A stretch of 64,000 nucleotides of DNA from a bacterium (GCA_963662285.2 CAXXMV010000008.1:1184001-1248000); one strand, 5' to 3'. Shown: positions 20,029-31,600, counted from the stretch's first letter. Translations and numbers: made by a program. The notes: a model not told the origin generated them from the sequence alone.

Positions 20029-22059
20029 TCAAAATCTACCCACAGCCTTCCTTACAGCATCTTCCGGATCGTTAAAGAAATTAATTTGGAATTTAGAGAA
20101 TAATTCCGGCGGCACGGTATTGATATCACCGGCATTGCTCATTGGGAGCAAGACTCGTTTTGCTCCTGCATCCAAGCATACTTGGAGGGTGTCTGCTAAA
20201 TTGTTGACTTTCGTAATTGTTCCGCCGATAGACATCGATCCAAGGATTACCTGAGATTCTTGCACCGGCAGACTGAGAGCACCTGAGCAAAGCGTAACAA
20301 AAGCAATCAGAGTAAGACCCGAACTGGAACCAATACCATGGAGATCTTGAACATTCAGGTGATAATCCCGTTCCTTGATACTGATTTGGCTGCTAACGTT
20401 CTTCGCATTCGCTCTGAAATAATTAAATGCTAGCTCGATTGCTTCTTTGGCTTTACTGTTCGTTCCTAAACCCGATTTCTCATATTTGCCAGAACCTTTG
20501 ATTACCTGGAGTTCTAATTTAAAAACTCCTATTCGTCCTTCATTCCCCTCAAAAGCACCGTATAAATGGCCTGGTTTACCTTCGCCCTCCGGTATTAATT
20601 TATCTCCTGTCATTTCTGGAACGGAAACATAAAATTCCTCTTGGCTCTCATTATCGATATAGGAAAAATTAACGTCATAGAATTCCATGCCTTGTATCTT
20701 TTTTAACTGCTCTTTTACCCGGCGTCTTCCAATCAGAGCATATTCAAGAATTTCTTGGGAATCTTCTTTAGAACATTCTCCATCTGGATATAGCAATTTC
20801 ATGAGGCCGGAGAACGTTTTGTTAATCGCTATGATATCGCGCTGGTTAAGGTCTTTTCCCATAAGAAAGTGTGTTCTGATCGTATCTGAGAAATTACGCT
20901 TGCGCATTTCACGGAAATATTCTGCCATATAGTCAACAATTAGGCCGTATGAATCGGTAATGAATTCAGGCCGCATTTTGGGGATTTCCCAACCGGGAAG
21001 ATAATGATGCATCCGATCAAAGAATGCGCTGTCGTTATTCATGGCTTCAGGGAATGGCGCGAAAAGATGTGATGTTGCGAGTAGAGATTCAAGTGGCTGA
21101 TTAATATTGCCAACAAAAACCATTGAAGCGTTGGCGTTCTTTTCCTCCTTCCCTCTGGCAAACGAACCGGACGCCATATAATCCTTCATAATCTGGATAC
21201 CATCTTTGTCTTTGAATGTGATCCCAGCAACTTCGTCGAACGCAACTACATCCCACAATCCCACCAAACCGATTGTTCGCTGAGCCATATTGTAGAAGAG
21301 GTTGGCTACTGTGGTTTGGCCTCCTGAAATAAGGATAGAATTTGGAGAAAGTTCTTTATAAACATGAGATTTCCCGGTTCCACGCGGACCAAGTTCGCAG
21401 ATGTTATAGTTATTCTCAACGAGGGGAATCAAACGAGCGAGCAGATGCCATTTAACCTGTGGTTCAAGTTTAGATGGCTCCATACCGGTAGAACGTATTA
21501 AAACGTCAATCCATTCATCCTTGGTGAATGCTTTACGCCCTTTGAATATCTCCTCGATCTCCATGTTAGGCATTTGTATGGGCTTTAAACTCTGAATCAG
21601 AAACGGACTTGCATATTTGTCTTCTTCATCCACAAAGTATTCCATCTGAAGAATACACCAGATGCCGCCGCCAAGGAGTTTATCAAAACGTCGAATATAA
21701 TCAGTTGGGACGTTGACACCCTTGATTCCTAAATTGGAAAAGGTTGCTTCATAGATATCCCTTTTCTCGTTCAATTTCACGGATACGTGATCAATAACAG
21801 AGTATCGCCCAGTTTCACGAATTTTGGACTTCACCTTTTCGGCTTCATCAGGGCGGATGTAATTATCGGCGAGAATTGATTTGACTTTTGTTAATCCTTC
21901 ATTGATGCTGGTCTCGTCATCGGTGGCGCAGTACATCCCCAGCAAATATTCCAACACATATACTGGGACGTTGTTGCAATCCTTCAGTAATTTTGTGAGG
22001 TCTTTACGCACGACGCGTCCGGAGAAGTGTTGGTTAAGTTTTTGATCAAGCGTATCCAT
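20029..22059 (-). CDS. brxL: BREX Lon-like protein BrxL
   Basis: VVRKDL, NVPVYVLEYLLGMYC, ELGPRGTGKS, VAFDEVA, Lon-like C-terminus. Confidence 0.95.
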   Translation of the reverse strand: MDTLDQKLNQHFSGRVVRKDLTKLLKDCNNVPVYVLEYLLGMYCATDDETSINEGLTKVKSILADNYIRPDEAEKVKSKIRETGRYSVIDHVSVKLNEKRDIYEATFSNLGIKGVNVPTDYIRRFDKLLGGGIWCILQMEYFVDEEDKYASPFLIQSLKPIQMPNMEIEEIFKGRKAFTKDEWIDVLIRSTGMEPSKLEPQVKWHLLARLIPLVENNYNICELGPRGTGKSHVYKELSPNSILISGGQTTVANLFYNMAQRTIGLVGLWDVVAFDEVAGITFKDKDGIQIMKDYMASGSFARGKEEKNANASMVFVGNINQPLESLLATSHLFAPFPEAMNNDSAFFDRMHHYLPGWEIPKMRPEFITDSYGLIVDYMAEYFREMRKRNFSDTIRTHFLMGKDLNQRDIIAINKTFSGLMKLLYPDGECSKEDSQEILEYALIGRRRVKEQLKKIQGMEFYDVNFSYIDNESQEEFYVSVPEMTGDKLIPEGEGKPGHLYGAFEGNEGRIGVFKLELQVIKGSGKYEKSGLGTNSKAKEAIELAFNYFRANAKNVSSQISIKERDYHLNVQDLHGIGSSSGLTLIAFVTLCSGALSLPVQESQVILGSMSIGGTITKVNNLADTLQVCLDAGAKRVLLPMSNAGDINTVPPELFSKFQINFFNDPEDAVRKAVGRF

Positions 22060-22068
22060 AATCAGTCC

Positions 22069-24627
22069 TTAAAAATCATCGAAATCACTCATGATTCCGA
22101 CGTTTACGTCAAATGGGATCGAATCATATTCCATTTGCGTTTCATCATCGATCAATCGTAGCTGATATTTGCCATTTTTAACGCCAGTCATTAATTTAAG
22201 CCGAATTGTAAATGTCCGATTATCGGCTTGATCTGAGTCACGATCTGCATGGAGAATCTCTTCGGTGGATACTGCTTTCCCCTCTTGATCCCACAATGAA
22301 ACTCGAAGCAATCGCGGGAGCATCTTGGAAGATATCTTTTCTGTTTGGAAGAAATTCAAAGTAAATATATTATTGGTGATCTTCTTATTAGTATTCGTTA
22401 ACGTCAGGTCTACTTTCTGAGTCTCTTTCGCCTTTTGTGATTGTTTTCTGGCATGAGTGTATTGAAGAACCGGTATGACAATTTCTTGTAACGATGTTCC
22501 ACCATGAACAAATAGGCTGCCACCGGAGTGCTTGAATCGGATATTTCCTCTTGGCGCATAAGCAACCAAATTTGATTCTTTTCCGAAGATTGATTTCAAG
22601 GAAATTTGCAGCGAACCTTCTACCGGCTCGCCTTGTTCGGCTAAAAGAAAACGCCGGTTATTTATAATACCATTAACGCCTGATTTCTGGATTTTATCAC
22701 TTTCATGGATCTGGCTTTTTTGGAAAAGAAAACCGTGATCGGCGGTTATAATCACATTCGTTGTATTGAGTGAGTTAACGATTTTTCTAACGCCTTCAAT
22801 GATCTCTTGGATTGCATCATCGACAGCACTGAAGATTTTTGATTCCGTTTCCGGTTTTTCTCCAATCGCGTCAATGGTATTGTGATAGAGATAGACAACC
22901 CGGCAATCCCGGACTAACTCACGAGATTCATCTTTCGAAGAAGAGAGCAAATCACTTAGTTTTATCGCCACGGAACCTTCGAAAGCGTTTTTTAGAACAG
23001 AATCGCGATGAGGAGTAGAAGAGGTATCGATCCCATCAACACAAATCTTGTTCTTATCGCTGAGGGAAATCTCTTTATTGGGAAGCAAGGCTGCCATGCC
23101 CAATCCCGTGAACGAGGGAACGCAGCCCAGCATATAGTCCAGCGATGCTTCCCCTCGAAGTTCCTTCATTAGTTCCGCTTCTAACTCTTTTGCGATTTCA
23201 TAGCGGAAGGCGTCGGAAATGATAACGAAAATTTTCTTGCGGTCGTTCTTTTGAAGCACTCTATTTTTAATGTAAAAACGGTAGAAATCTTTTTGTTGAC
23301 GAATGCCGTCTATTAGCCAGCGTTCTGTCAGGTTTTCCTGGATAATATCCGACCAAGTATGAGAAAGGTTTTCCAGGAACCAATTACAATAAAGATCGTC
23401 AATTTTGGGCGAGAGGTTTTTAAGAATATCGCTGCTAACCTTGTCATAATACTTGAAGAAATGACGGTAGAGTTGATCGGCTCGGTAATAATCACCTGTA
23501 TACTGTTCGATCATTACTTCAGGCGGTAGTTTCGGAAATTTTCCTGTGAATCGATGTTTGAAGCGGAATAGATGAATCGCTGCTTCAAGCGCCATGTAGA
23601 CATCCAAAAAGGAACTGTACCAATGCAAGGTTTTCCGCATTGAGATCCACGACAACCAGGTCTCGTAGTCTTCTTGATCATCCAATAGTTTATTAACAAT
23701 GCCTAAAATGATGATCTTGTCAAAGAATTCAAAGGTATCGGCTTCCAGGCATTCTTCTGGTTGCCAGGATTCAATCTGTTTCTTTATCTCTAATTCATTG
23801 AACGCCTGGATGGAAAGGTAATCATACAGTTTCGCGTGTTCTTTATGATTCTCCCAATGATCGATTAGGACTTGGGCGTTATTGCGCTTGTGGAGCATAA
23901 AATGCGCCCAGCCGTTTGGAGTGGATCGTTTCAATTGAGTCGCAGTGACGGTTAGTACAAGGTTAAAGAACAGTTTCTTCAAAGTTGGCGTCTCTGATTC
24001 GTATCCCAAGTATTCTTTGACGAATTGCCAAAAGACGGTTTCTCCAGGAAATTTGGCGATCTGCTGATAACGCTCATTATCTTCTTCATCAATCTTATCT
24101 AAAAAGATTGAAAAGAGGATCGATTCAAAATCGATCATTTTACAGCGGCAGACAACCGCCATCATGGCCAGTTGGATCTCTTTTTCAGAGCCTAATGGAA
24201 CATCTATATTCTTCAGGGCTTGATTACGGGCTTTGTTATCAAAGAATTGGAGGTTTTCTTTGATAATGGGTTTGAGCGCAAGCATCTCGATGCCTAATTC
24301 ATCCATAATGATGGAGGAACGGTCTGCGCTGAACTCTTCTGAATAGAGCAAGATATCCAGTATCCAGTTTTCCCGGAAATCTGGTTTTGGAGCAGAAGAA
24401 TAAACTACATAATTCGATTCGGTATCTTTTTCTTCCAGCGTATGTTTGATCTCGAAATAATTGTTGTCGATCACAAGCAGTTTTGCATCTCCGAAATCGA
24501 TTTTATCCAGATCGTTTTGGAATTCCCCTTCATCATCGTACCAGAAGAGAATGCGGCGCTTGTATGGATGCTTAATAGGGGCTTCGAAACGTTTTGCTAA
24601 TGCTTGGTTGACTTTTTCCAGATTCAT
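22069..24627 (-). CDS. pglZ: BREX-1 phosphatase PglZ
   Basis: RRILFWYD, VIISDAFRYE, PSFTGLGMAALLP, HNTIDA, TADHGF, FVHGGTSLQE. Confidence 0.95.
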   Translation of the reverse strand: MNLEKVNQALAKRFEAPIKHPYKRRILFWYDDEGEFQNDLDKIDFGDAKLLVIDNNYFEIKHTLEEKDTESNYVVYSSAPKPDFRENWILDILLYSEEFSADRSSIIMDELGIEMLALKPIIKENLQFFDNKARNQALKNIDVPLGSEKEIQLAMMAVVCRCKMIDFESILFSIFLDKIDEEDNERYQQIAKFPGETVFWQFVKEYLGYESETPTLKKLFFNLVLTVTATQLKRSTPNGWAHFMLHKRNNAQVLIDHWENHKEHAKLYDYLSIQAFNELEIKKQIESWQPEECLEADTFEFFDKIIILGIVNKLLDDQEDYETWLSWISMRKTLHWYSSFLDVYMALEAAIHLFRFKHRFTGKFPKLPPEVMIEQYTGDYYRADQLYRHFFKYYDKVSSDILKNLSPKIDDLYCNWFLENLSHTWSDIIQENLTERWLIDGIRQQKDFYRFYIKNRVLQKNDRKKIFVIISDAFRYEIAKELEAELMKELRGEASLDYMLGCVPSFTGLGMAALLPNKEISLSDKNKICVDGIDTSSTPHRDSVLKNAFEGSVAIKLSDLLSSSKDESRELVRDCRVVYLYHNTIDAIGEKPETESKIFSAVDDAIQEIIEGVRKIVNSLNTTNVIITADHGFLFQKSQIHESDKIQKSGVNGIINNRRFLLAEQGEPVEGSLQISLKSIFGKESNLVAYAPRGNIRFKHSGGSLFVHGGTSLQEIVIPVLQYTHARKQSQKAKETQKVDLTLTNTNKKITNNIFTLNFFQTEKISSKMLPRLLRVSLWDQEGKAVSTEEILHADRDSDQADNRTFTIRLKLMTGVKNGKYQLRLIDDETQMEYDSIPFDVNVGIMSDFDDF

Positions 24628-24633
24628 AATGAT

Positions 24634-24894
24634 TTAACGGTACGATCCCCCTCGCGTAGTAATCGATTCAATAATTACGATTTTTTTTTCATGGTTAATC
24701 GCGAACACGATTCTCCAGTCGTCAAGACGATATCTCAAACAATGGGACAAAGCGCCTTTGAGTGATTTTATATTATTGTGTTGAAACTCACCTGATTCGA
24801 GTTTCTCTAAAACGTGATCAACTCGATTCCGTGTTTTACTGTCGAGATGAAGATAGGCTCTCTTGGCTTGAGTGGTTAAGCGGATTTCATACAT
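24634..24894 (-). CDS. RelE/ParE-family toxin
   Basis: 86 aa, basic; IKSLKG...RYRLDDWRIVF...TRGGSY. Confidence 0.85.
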   Translation of the reverse strand: MYEIRLTTQAKRAYLHLDSKTRNRVDHVLEKLESGEFQHNNIKSLKGALSHCLRYRLDDWRIVFAINHEKKIVIIESITTRGGSYR

Positions 24895-25123
24895 TTTTTT
24901 GTATGTCCCGCCATGAATGCGTCTCGCCTTTCTTTAATTGTTGAATCCCTTCTTCGATATCTCGTCTCATGCCCGGGTCACTGAGAAGTTCCATCGTCGC
25001 GTCCCATTCATCACGGGAGTGCAAGTATTCCGCGTAGTCAACTACCTGCTCCAACTTTTCAGGGGATAAACACTCAATGGTTTTTTTTAATCGATCTTCT
25101 AATTTTTGAGTTGCAATGCTCAT
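24887..25123 (-). CDS. Cognate antitoxin
   Basis: 78 aa; VVDYAEYL...ATMELLSDP...IEEG; overlaps the toxin start; GAGGTGA SD. Confidence 0.8.
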   Translation of the reverse strand: MSIATQKLEDRLKKTIECLSPEKLEQVVDYAEYLHSRDEWDATMELLSDPGMRRDIEEGIQQLKKGETHSWRDIQKNV

Positions 25124-25148
25124 GGCTCACCTCACAAATGAATTTAAT

Positions 25149-28100
25149 CTATATTTTAGCAGTAAGTTCTTGGAATTTCGCATAGTTTACCTTCACGCCG
25201 TCATCGAGGTCGATTTCGATCTGCATATCCGCATAGTGGCGTAGGAGTTCGTCGTATTTACGGAGTTCTTCCTGTTGTTTTTTTAGCCGGGTGATTTCCT
25301 TTTGGGCGTTGCTTTTATCGCGGGCATTGGCGTTTTCTGTTGTTTGGTTCAACTGTTGCAGGCGGATTTCTATTTTGCCTTGATGCTCGTGCAAGTAATC
25401 GGTTCTCATGCGGGAAAGTGTTGATTTATCGTAGCGGTGCATGTAGATCAGTGCGTTGAAGGCTTTTTGCTTGCCAGATGTGAATAACCAATAGATGGGG
25501 CGTTTCTTGTAGACTTGGGTATGATCTTTATAGAACTGTCCCACGAAATACCGGCGGATGGCTTCCACTGGATTCTCGTTGCTCTTTTGTCCGAACGTGG
25601 CTGCGATGTATTGAAGGTTCTCTTGCAGGGATGCTTCGCCGAACGAAACCTTCATGAACTCGACAAAACGGGAAACGATGTCATCTTCAAAGTAGTCCGC
25701 ATCAAGGATGGGGATAATATTATCATCATCGGCGGGGAAAGTGGAATACTTGGATATGTCAAACTCTCCCCCTGCATAAGCAAGACCTTCTTGATCCAGC
25801 GAATAGCGTCCGAACATGCAACCAACAGCATAAGAGATAAAAGACTTGATATCCCGTTCCCGGTCGGCGTTACGGATGGTAATTTCTTCATCAGGCACAT
25901 CAGGTGTAAGTTCGTCTTGCAGCCCATAGATGTCGATGAAGATGCGGTTTAGTTCTTCTTCGTTTGATTTAAGTTGCTGGAACTGCTGCTCAGAAAACTT
26001 ATTCCATTTATCAAAAGAATTCTTTAATGAGCTATCTTCTTTATGTTTCAAAAGCGGATGAGTCTCAAAATCCCAGGAAGTCTCAAAAGAATTCCAGTCA
26101 TATTTCGAGATAGATATATTATTCTCAATTATAGGAATTATAGTGTTTTTGATTTTATCCGATACTGTTTTTAGCGGTAAATTGCCTATATTCCATGCTT
26201 GAAAATTCAATGTAGGATTTATCGCTTGAAGGAAAGATTTCGTAACATCTGTATTTAAAAACGAAAGTAAAATCTTTACCGTATTCACATCAGAAAATGC
26301 TGCTGATCCTCCTGCATCAAATAAACAACCACATTCAATAAACCTTACAGAGAAATCTGAAGATGATACAGATGACCAATTCACATTTGCTTTAAAGATA
26401 TAATCATCATTAAATGCATGAGCCGGTATTTTACCATTTTTGTCTTTCGTATTTTTTATAGAAAAGCCGTCATTTTGCCAGTTAACGACATATTCAAGAT
26501 TTCCGTACCATTTTCTAAATGATCCACCTTTAAGATAAGGAAACCATTTTTTCCCACTTAACTTTGCTTCTTCCTTTGAATTAAAACCTATTCCTAAATC
26601 ATTTTCATTTATTTCATGCCATGCTCTTAGAAATAATTCATTGTTTCCAGTGATCATCCCTGCTCTTGGAGTTGCAACTTTATGTATAGGAGATTCTTTT
26701 TGAAAAATTTCTCTAACTGCATTACTAACCCAATAGGCGATAGGCGAGCCAGGGATTTTTTGGAAGTCGGATGTCACCGTTGAGTAACGGTATGACACGG
26801 ATGGATTTTGAATGGCTTCTTTGAAAGCAGAAATATGCTCGTCGTATGTTCTTACGTGGGAAAGATCAAAAAATTCACCGGCGAGGTCTTCTTGTTTTGA
26901 TTTCTTCAACACAAAAGAGACTAATGGAACAAAGGCGGAATCGAAAAAGAAATGATATTCTGGCTTAACCAAACTGATTATTGAGGAGTTATCAATAATA
27001 TGCTTTCGCATCCATTCATAGGATTGAATAAACATCCAGACAAACGGAGTAACCAAACCAATATAGCCATCTTCTTTGACAAACGAGAACATCCTTTCAG
27101 AAAATGCGGCAAAAAGATCAGCTTTAGTATTTGGATAATGTTTTTTAACATAATCCCCTAAAAGAGTGTTTAAATACTTACCGCCAATGTAAGGAGGATT
27201 CGTTACGACAATATGATACTTGGTTGTAAGAAACTCAGATAGTTTCATTAAGTGGTTCAACGCAGGTTTTGAAAAATCATCCAGCAAAGAGAGACTGTCA
27301 TCAACAAATTCAGGTTGATCAAACAGTGAACCATGATAATTCGTCTGAGGTTGAATGAGAGAACCTAGCACCTTACCGTGTTGAAAGTCTTCTAACAATT
27401 GCGTATATGCAATCTCAAACGATTCGATGCCTTCCGAATTTTCAAACGCCAGAATATTAAGATTGATTTCTTCACTCAAAATGCGCCGGGATTTACTCCT
27501 CGCTTTCATCATTAGAGTAAAACAAGTCAACTGAATCGCTCGATCATCGATATCTAAGCCAAAGAGATTCTTCTCCAAAATCATTTTGGGGACGTCACGT
27601 TTGTCATATCCCTTTTCCAAATAGATTTCATAGAGCAAGTCGAAAGCATAAACCAGGATATGCCCCGATCCGCAAGCCGGGTCGAAAAATGTAACCTCTT
27701 CTGGATTAACGTTTTTTAGGATTTTTTTTGAGGCGACGCTATCATCATTAGGTTTAATATAATACTCCATTGCCGAAGAAAGTTTGGATTGAGAATTCGC
27801 TTCCAACCATGCCCGTCCCAGGCTATTATCGACCATATACTGAACAAGCCATTTTGGAGTAAAAAGCTGCGTTACAACCGGGATTTGGTCGTTACGATAT
27901 TTCTTCTTGGCTTTGATCGCCTCATCTTTTCTCTCCGATATGTAATATTGATATAGCCAACCGACGATCTCAACTTCCCGCCAATCCTCTTCAGGGATAT
28001 CTTCAACCATCCGACGTGTAACTGAACCGGCAAATAAGAGATTGGAGGGAAACAGCAGTTCGCTATAACCTTTTACTTCTTCAAAGAGAAACGGAAGGCT

Positions 28101-28583
28101 TTTGTGAAGCGCGTTACATTGGGCGATTATCAATCGCTTATAGAGTTCATCGTCCTTATGTTCCTGTTGCAAGCGATAAATTTCTTCTTTATCAAAAGGA
28201 AGGTCAACCTCTAAGGCGTGAGTGAGTATATCCGGCTGTTTCTTTTCGAGATCATGCGAAGAAAACACTCGAACATTCGTAGGCAGGTAATCATTAACCT
28301 CCATAAAGCGTAAAGCAATAAAACGGTTGAACCAGGTATAAGCGATCTCCTCCATCACCGTGTCGAAGCCCTTGGATACGATTTGCTGAACCAGTTTACG
28401 CCGCTGATCCCGAATCTCTTTATTATGAACTTTGCCATCAATTACAATACCGTCAGAAGATTCCTGCTCCTCCTCACAGATATTCTTCGCCGTGATGCCG
28501 TAATAAGCCGCCCGTTGAGACGCCTGTTCGATGAGCAGTTTCCGCGCTTCAATAGCAAATTTTTCAATCGCTTTTTTATCCAT
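25149..28583 (-). CDS. pglX: BREX-1 adenine methyltransferase PglX
   Basis: AYTWFNRFIALRFME, TQLFTP, DPACGSGH, NPPY, KIPGSPIAYW, KKRPIYW, IDLDDGVKVNY. Confidence 0.95.
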   Translation of the reverse strand: MDKKAIEKFAIEARKLLIEQASQRAAYYGITAKNICEEEQESSDGIVIDGKVHNKEIRDQRRKLVQQIVSKGFDTVMEEIAYTWFNRFIALRFMEVNDYLPTNVRVFSSHDLEKKQPDILTHALEVDLPFDKEEIYRLQQEHKDDELYKRLIIAQCNALHKSLPFLFEEVKGYSELLFPSNLLFAGSVTRRMVEDIPEEDWREVEIVGWLYQYYISERKDEAIKAKKKYRNDQIPVVTQLFTPKWLVQYMVDNSLGRAWLEANSQSKLSSAMEYYIKPNDDSVASKKILKNVNPEEVTFFDPACGSGHILVYAFDLLYEIYLEKGYDKRDVPKMILEKNLFGLDIDDRAIQLTCFTLMMKARSKSRRILSEEINLNILAFENSEGIESFEIAYTQLLEDFQHGKVLGSLIQPQTNYHGSLFDQPEFVDDSLSLLDDFSKPALNHLMKLSEFLTTKYHIVVTNPPYIGGKYLNTLLGDYVKKHYPNTKADLFAAFSERMFSFVKEDGYIGLVTPFVWMFIQSYEWMRKHIIDNSSIISLVKPEYHFFFDSAFVPLVSFVLKKSKQEDLAGEFFDLSHVRTYDEHISAFKEAIQNPSVSYRYSTVTSDFQKIPGSPIAYWVSNAVREIFQKESPIHKVATPRAGMITGNNELFLRAWHEINENDLGIGFNSKEEAKLSGKKWFPYLKGGSFRKWYGNLEYVVNWQNDGFSIKNTKDKNGKIPAHAFNDDYIFKANVNWSSVSSSDFSVRFIECGCLFDAGGSAAFSDVNTVKILLSFLNTDVTKSFLQAINPTLNFQAWNIGNLPLKTVSDKIKNTIIPIIENNISISKYDWNSFETSWDFETHPLLKHKEDSSLKNSFDKWNKFSEQQFQQLKSNEEELNRIFIDIYGLQDELTPDVPDEEITIRNADRERDIKSFISYAVGCMFGRYSLDQEGLAYAGGEFDISKYSTFPADDDNIIPILDADYFEDDIVSRFVEFMKVSFGEASLQENLQYIAATFGQKSNENPVEAIRRYFVGQFYKDHTQVYKKRPIYWLFTSGKQKAFNALIYMHRYDKSTLSRMRTDYLHEHQGKIEIRLQQLNQTTENANARDKSNAQKEITRLKKQQEELRKYDELLRHYADMQIEIDLDDGVKVNYAKFQELTAKI

Positions 28584-28594
28584 AATTTTATATT

Positions 28595-28660
28595 TAGTGA
28601 TTAGTGTGTAGTGTGCAGTGGATAGTTTTAACTACCTACAATACACTCCCCACTATCCAC
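28595..28660. repeat. Inverted pair of heptanucleotide tandem arrays in the brxC-pglX spacer
   Basis: TAGTGAT TAGTGTG TAGTGTG CAGTGGA TAGT, then TTTA, then ACTACCT ACAATAC ACTCCCC ACTATCC AC. Confidence 0.7.
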
Positions 28661-28666
28661 GGTCCT

Positions 28667-31600
28667 TTAATAAAGTCTGATTTCCTTGTTGTCTTTCAAG
28701 ATGTCTTCCAGTTCCTGCCGAATCTCTTTAATCCACTGCTCTAACTCATCCTTATTGTGAATTGTCTTCGAACCCGAAACCAGAGATTTCAAGGGAAGAT
28801 TGTGAATTGCAGGAGTTGGAGGAGTCTCATCATCTAGGCCTTCTTCCGGTTCCAGTTCTTCGATCTTCTTCAATGCCTGATCGACCAATATCTCAAGATG
28901 GCCTTCAACCGCCGCGACTTGGTTGCAATCCTGATATTGCTCCAACTCCAGAGCCAAATCATCGAAAGGTTTCAAGAATTCAGCGTGCCGAGAATCGTCA
29001 ACCTGATTGCCAATCAGTGCATCCACAATGACAGACCGCTGCGACTTCAGCAGTTGCTTTTTCAGTGTAATTTGTTTTTCGAGCTGCCTCTGGTAATCCT
29101 CGGAAATGAACTGTACAAGGGATGGAAGATCCTTGATCTGACTGTAAGGACTCGGAGAGGAAAGAATTGATTCTATATCTTCCAATTTTCCCTTAGATTC
29201 ATCACTCAAATAGAGTTTATTGCGCTCGAATTGGCCCACAAGTTTGGAAGCATTATCAAAGATTTCCACCATATTACCAAAGAAGCCTTTGACCGGTTCC
29301 AAATCATCGTGAAGATCGAGCAAATCATCTTTACGGGAATCTATCGCTTCGAAGAACGACTTGTTCTCTTTATTATCCAGAATGTTTTCAAACTGAGAAA
29401 TACACTGATCGACAGTTGCCTTGCCCGGATAATCCCGCTTCTGATAGTGGATGCGTAAGGCTTGAAGCTCTTTTAACTGAACGTCCAATAATGTGCGTAT
29501 CTTTACAGCTAAATCGTCTTCATCTTTTGGATAACTCGAATGCCCGGTGAGTTCTTTAACCGTTTTCTTGACGTTCTCTATAAGTAGCGTACCCACCTCT
29601 TCACGCAAAGTAATGACCAATTTTTCAGCATAAGGCGCTTTGATTAAATAATTGTGGAGAGTATTGTCTTTTCGATCCACAATCTCGCCGCCGCAACGGC
29701 AAATAATCTTCTTCGCAACAATCATACGGGCGACTAAACCAGAAACGTCAAGTTCGCCCCAACCATACGGCGCACGGGTGAATTTGTTTTGCAGATTTTT
29801 AAGCGTTATCTTATGGTTCATCTGCGTTTCCGTGTCGATAAACCGCTCTAATTCCTCCAGTGCAAGGCGGTTGGTTCCAATCTCGAACAAAGTATTTTCT
29901 TCAATATCGTTTGCGCTGAGAATGCGTATAACATCTTCCGGATTGCTAATAGGTTGGGTGATGTATTCAAAATATTTGTAGATATTCTGCACTAAATTTT
30001 GAAGCGCAAACTCCATTAATTCTTTAGATGATTTCCCGGTAAACTTAATATCCTGGCCGCCAAAGAATATTTCCGATCCTTTAACAGCATCCTCCAATTC
30101 CATGAGGACGCGGTTTCTTGCCTGATCGGACTCATAATTCTTGTCGCTGAGAATTTTCTGTATCGATTCTGGATTGCTCATGGAATTTTTTTGGCGAAGA
30201 TATTTCTCGGTTTGCTTAATAGTGCGGATTTCATCTAAGTAAGTGTCTCTTAGAGGAAGCCGCAACACAACACAATCACCATGTTCGATAGTTTTCGCCA
30301 TAAGAACCTGGCGATCCATATCAGACCATTCATGATTGGGCGTAATCACCCATAATGTGATTTCGTTGGTCTGCGCCCCTCGGATTCTGTTATCAACCTT
30401 TTTGTTGAAACTGAAGACGCGGTTCTTTGTATATTTGAATTTATTCTCTCGATAGATTCCCTCAAAGACTATTTCAGAAACATAATCAACGATTTCAGAT
30501 TCATCGATATCAACCTGTTGGATTTCTCTATTTACGTCTTGCTCTTCATGAGTAAGAAAATTGTATTCATCTCCATTTTGGTTAATGAGTGTTTGTTTTT
30601 TTAATCGTTGCAGCGATTCAGTAATCTGCTTTTTGAGTTCGATCTTATCTGCATCAACATGATTGAGAGAAAGCGTAGTAAGGTTTTCTATATTTTTTCG
30701 AACCTCTTTGACATATTTGATCATAAAAAGGATTTTAAGTAATTCGATATCTTGTTTTTGAAGATTGGAATTTTCATTTGCTTGCAGAAAAACTCTCCGA
30801 ATATTGGAATCCAAAAACGCTTCAAGCGCATTGTAAAAAGCATTAAGTGGTACAAGTGATCCGATTTCATTTTCCCGTACAGAAACCGCCGCATCTTGAA
30901 AAGCGCTAAGCATCGACCGTTCACCTTCAGAAAGATGCTTTCCCGTAGCCCCCATCCGCCGTATTTGCTCAAATACTTTTTGCATCAAATTAAATTGATA
31001 AGGAATGAATGGATAGAGATCAAGAAACTCTCCAACCGTCGCATACGATTTCATTTCCGCCGTGTTAGCGGAGAAAGAAACGAGATTCTTTACGATAGCG
31101 CTTTTGTCACCGTAAAAAGCTTTTAGTGTATCTTCAGCAACTTTAGTCTTGGTTAAAAGACGCTTTTTGATAACCTCATCTGTATTGGCGGAAGAGAGAT
31201 TCAAACGAGTAGAAAATCTCCCCATAATCTTTGAGAAATCATTTCCTTTGACTTTGGTAAGTGAATCGATGGCTTCCTGAGACGTTACAATAATCCAAGC
31301 CCGGCCACGCAACAGTTTGCCAAGGTCTTCCGTTACGGTTTGAAGATTTAGCATTAAATCAGTATTGTTACCAACATATTGACCGACTTCATCTACAAAG
31401 AAGAGAATCTTGTGGTTCGATCCCTTGGAATCGCAGTATTCTTTGACGTTCTTGCAGAATTTCTCGATGCTTAGGCTGTAACTCTTTTCACCATCATCAA
31501 ACCATTTACTAGCTGACTCTTTTGAAAGCCCGATGGCCTTGGATAGCGCATCAACAATGTTATCCCGGTCATAATAAAAAATATCCCGGCCTTCTTCCCA

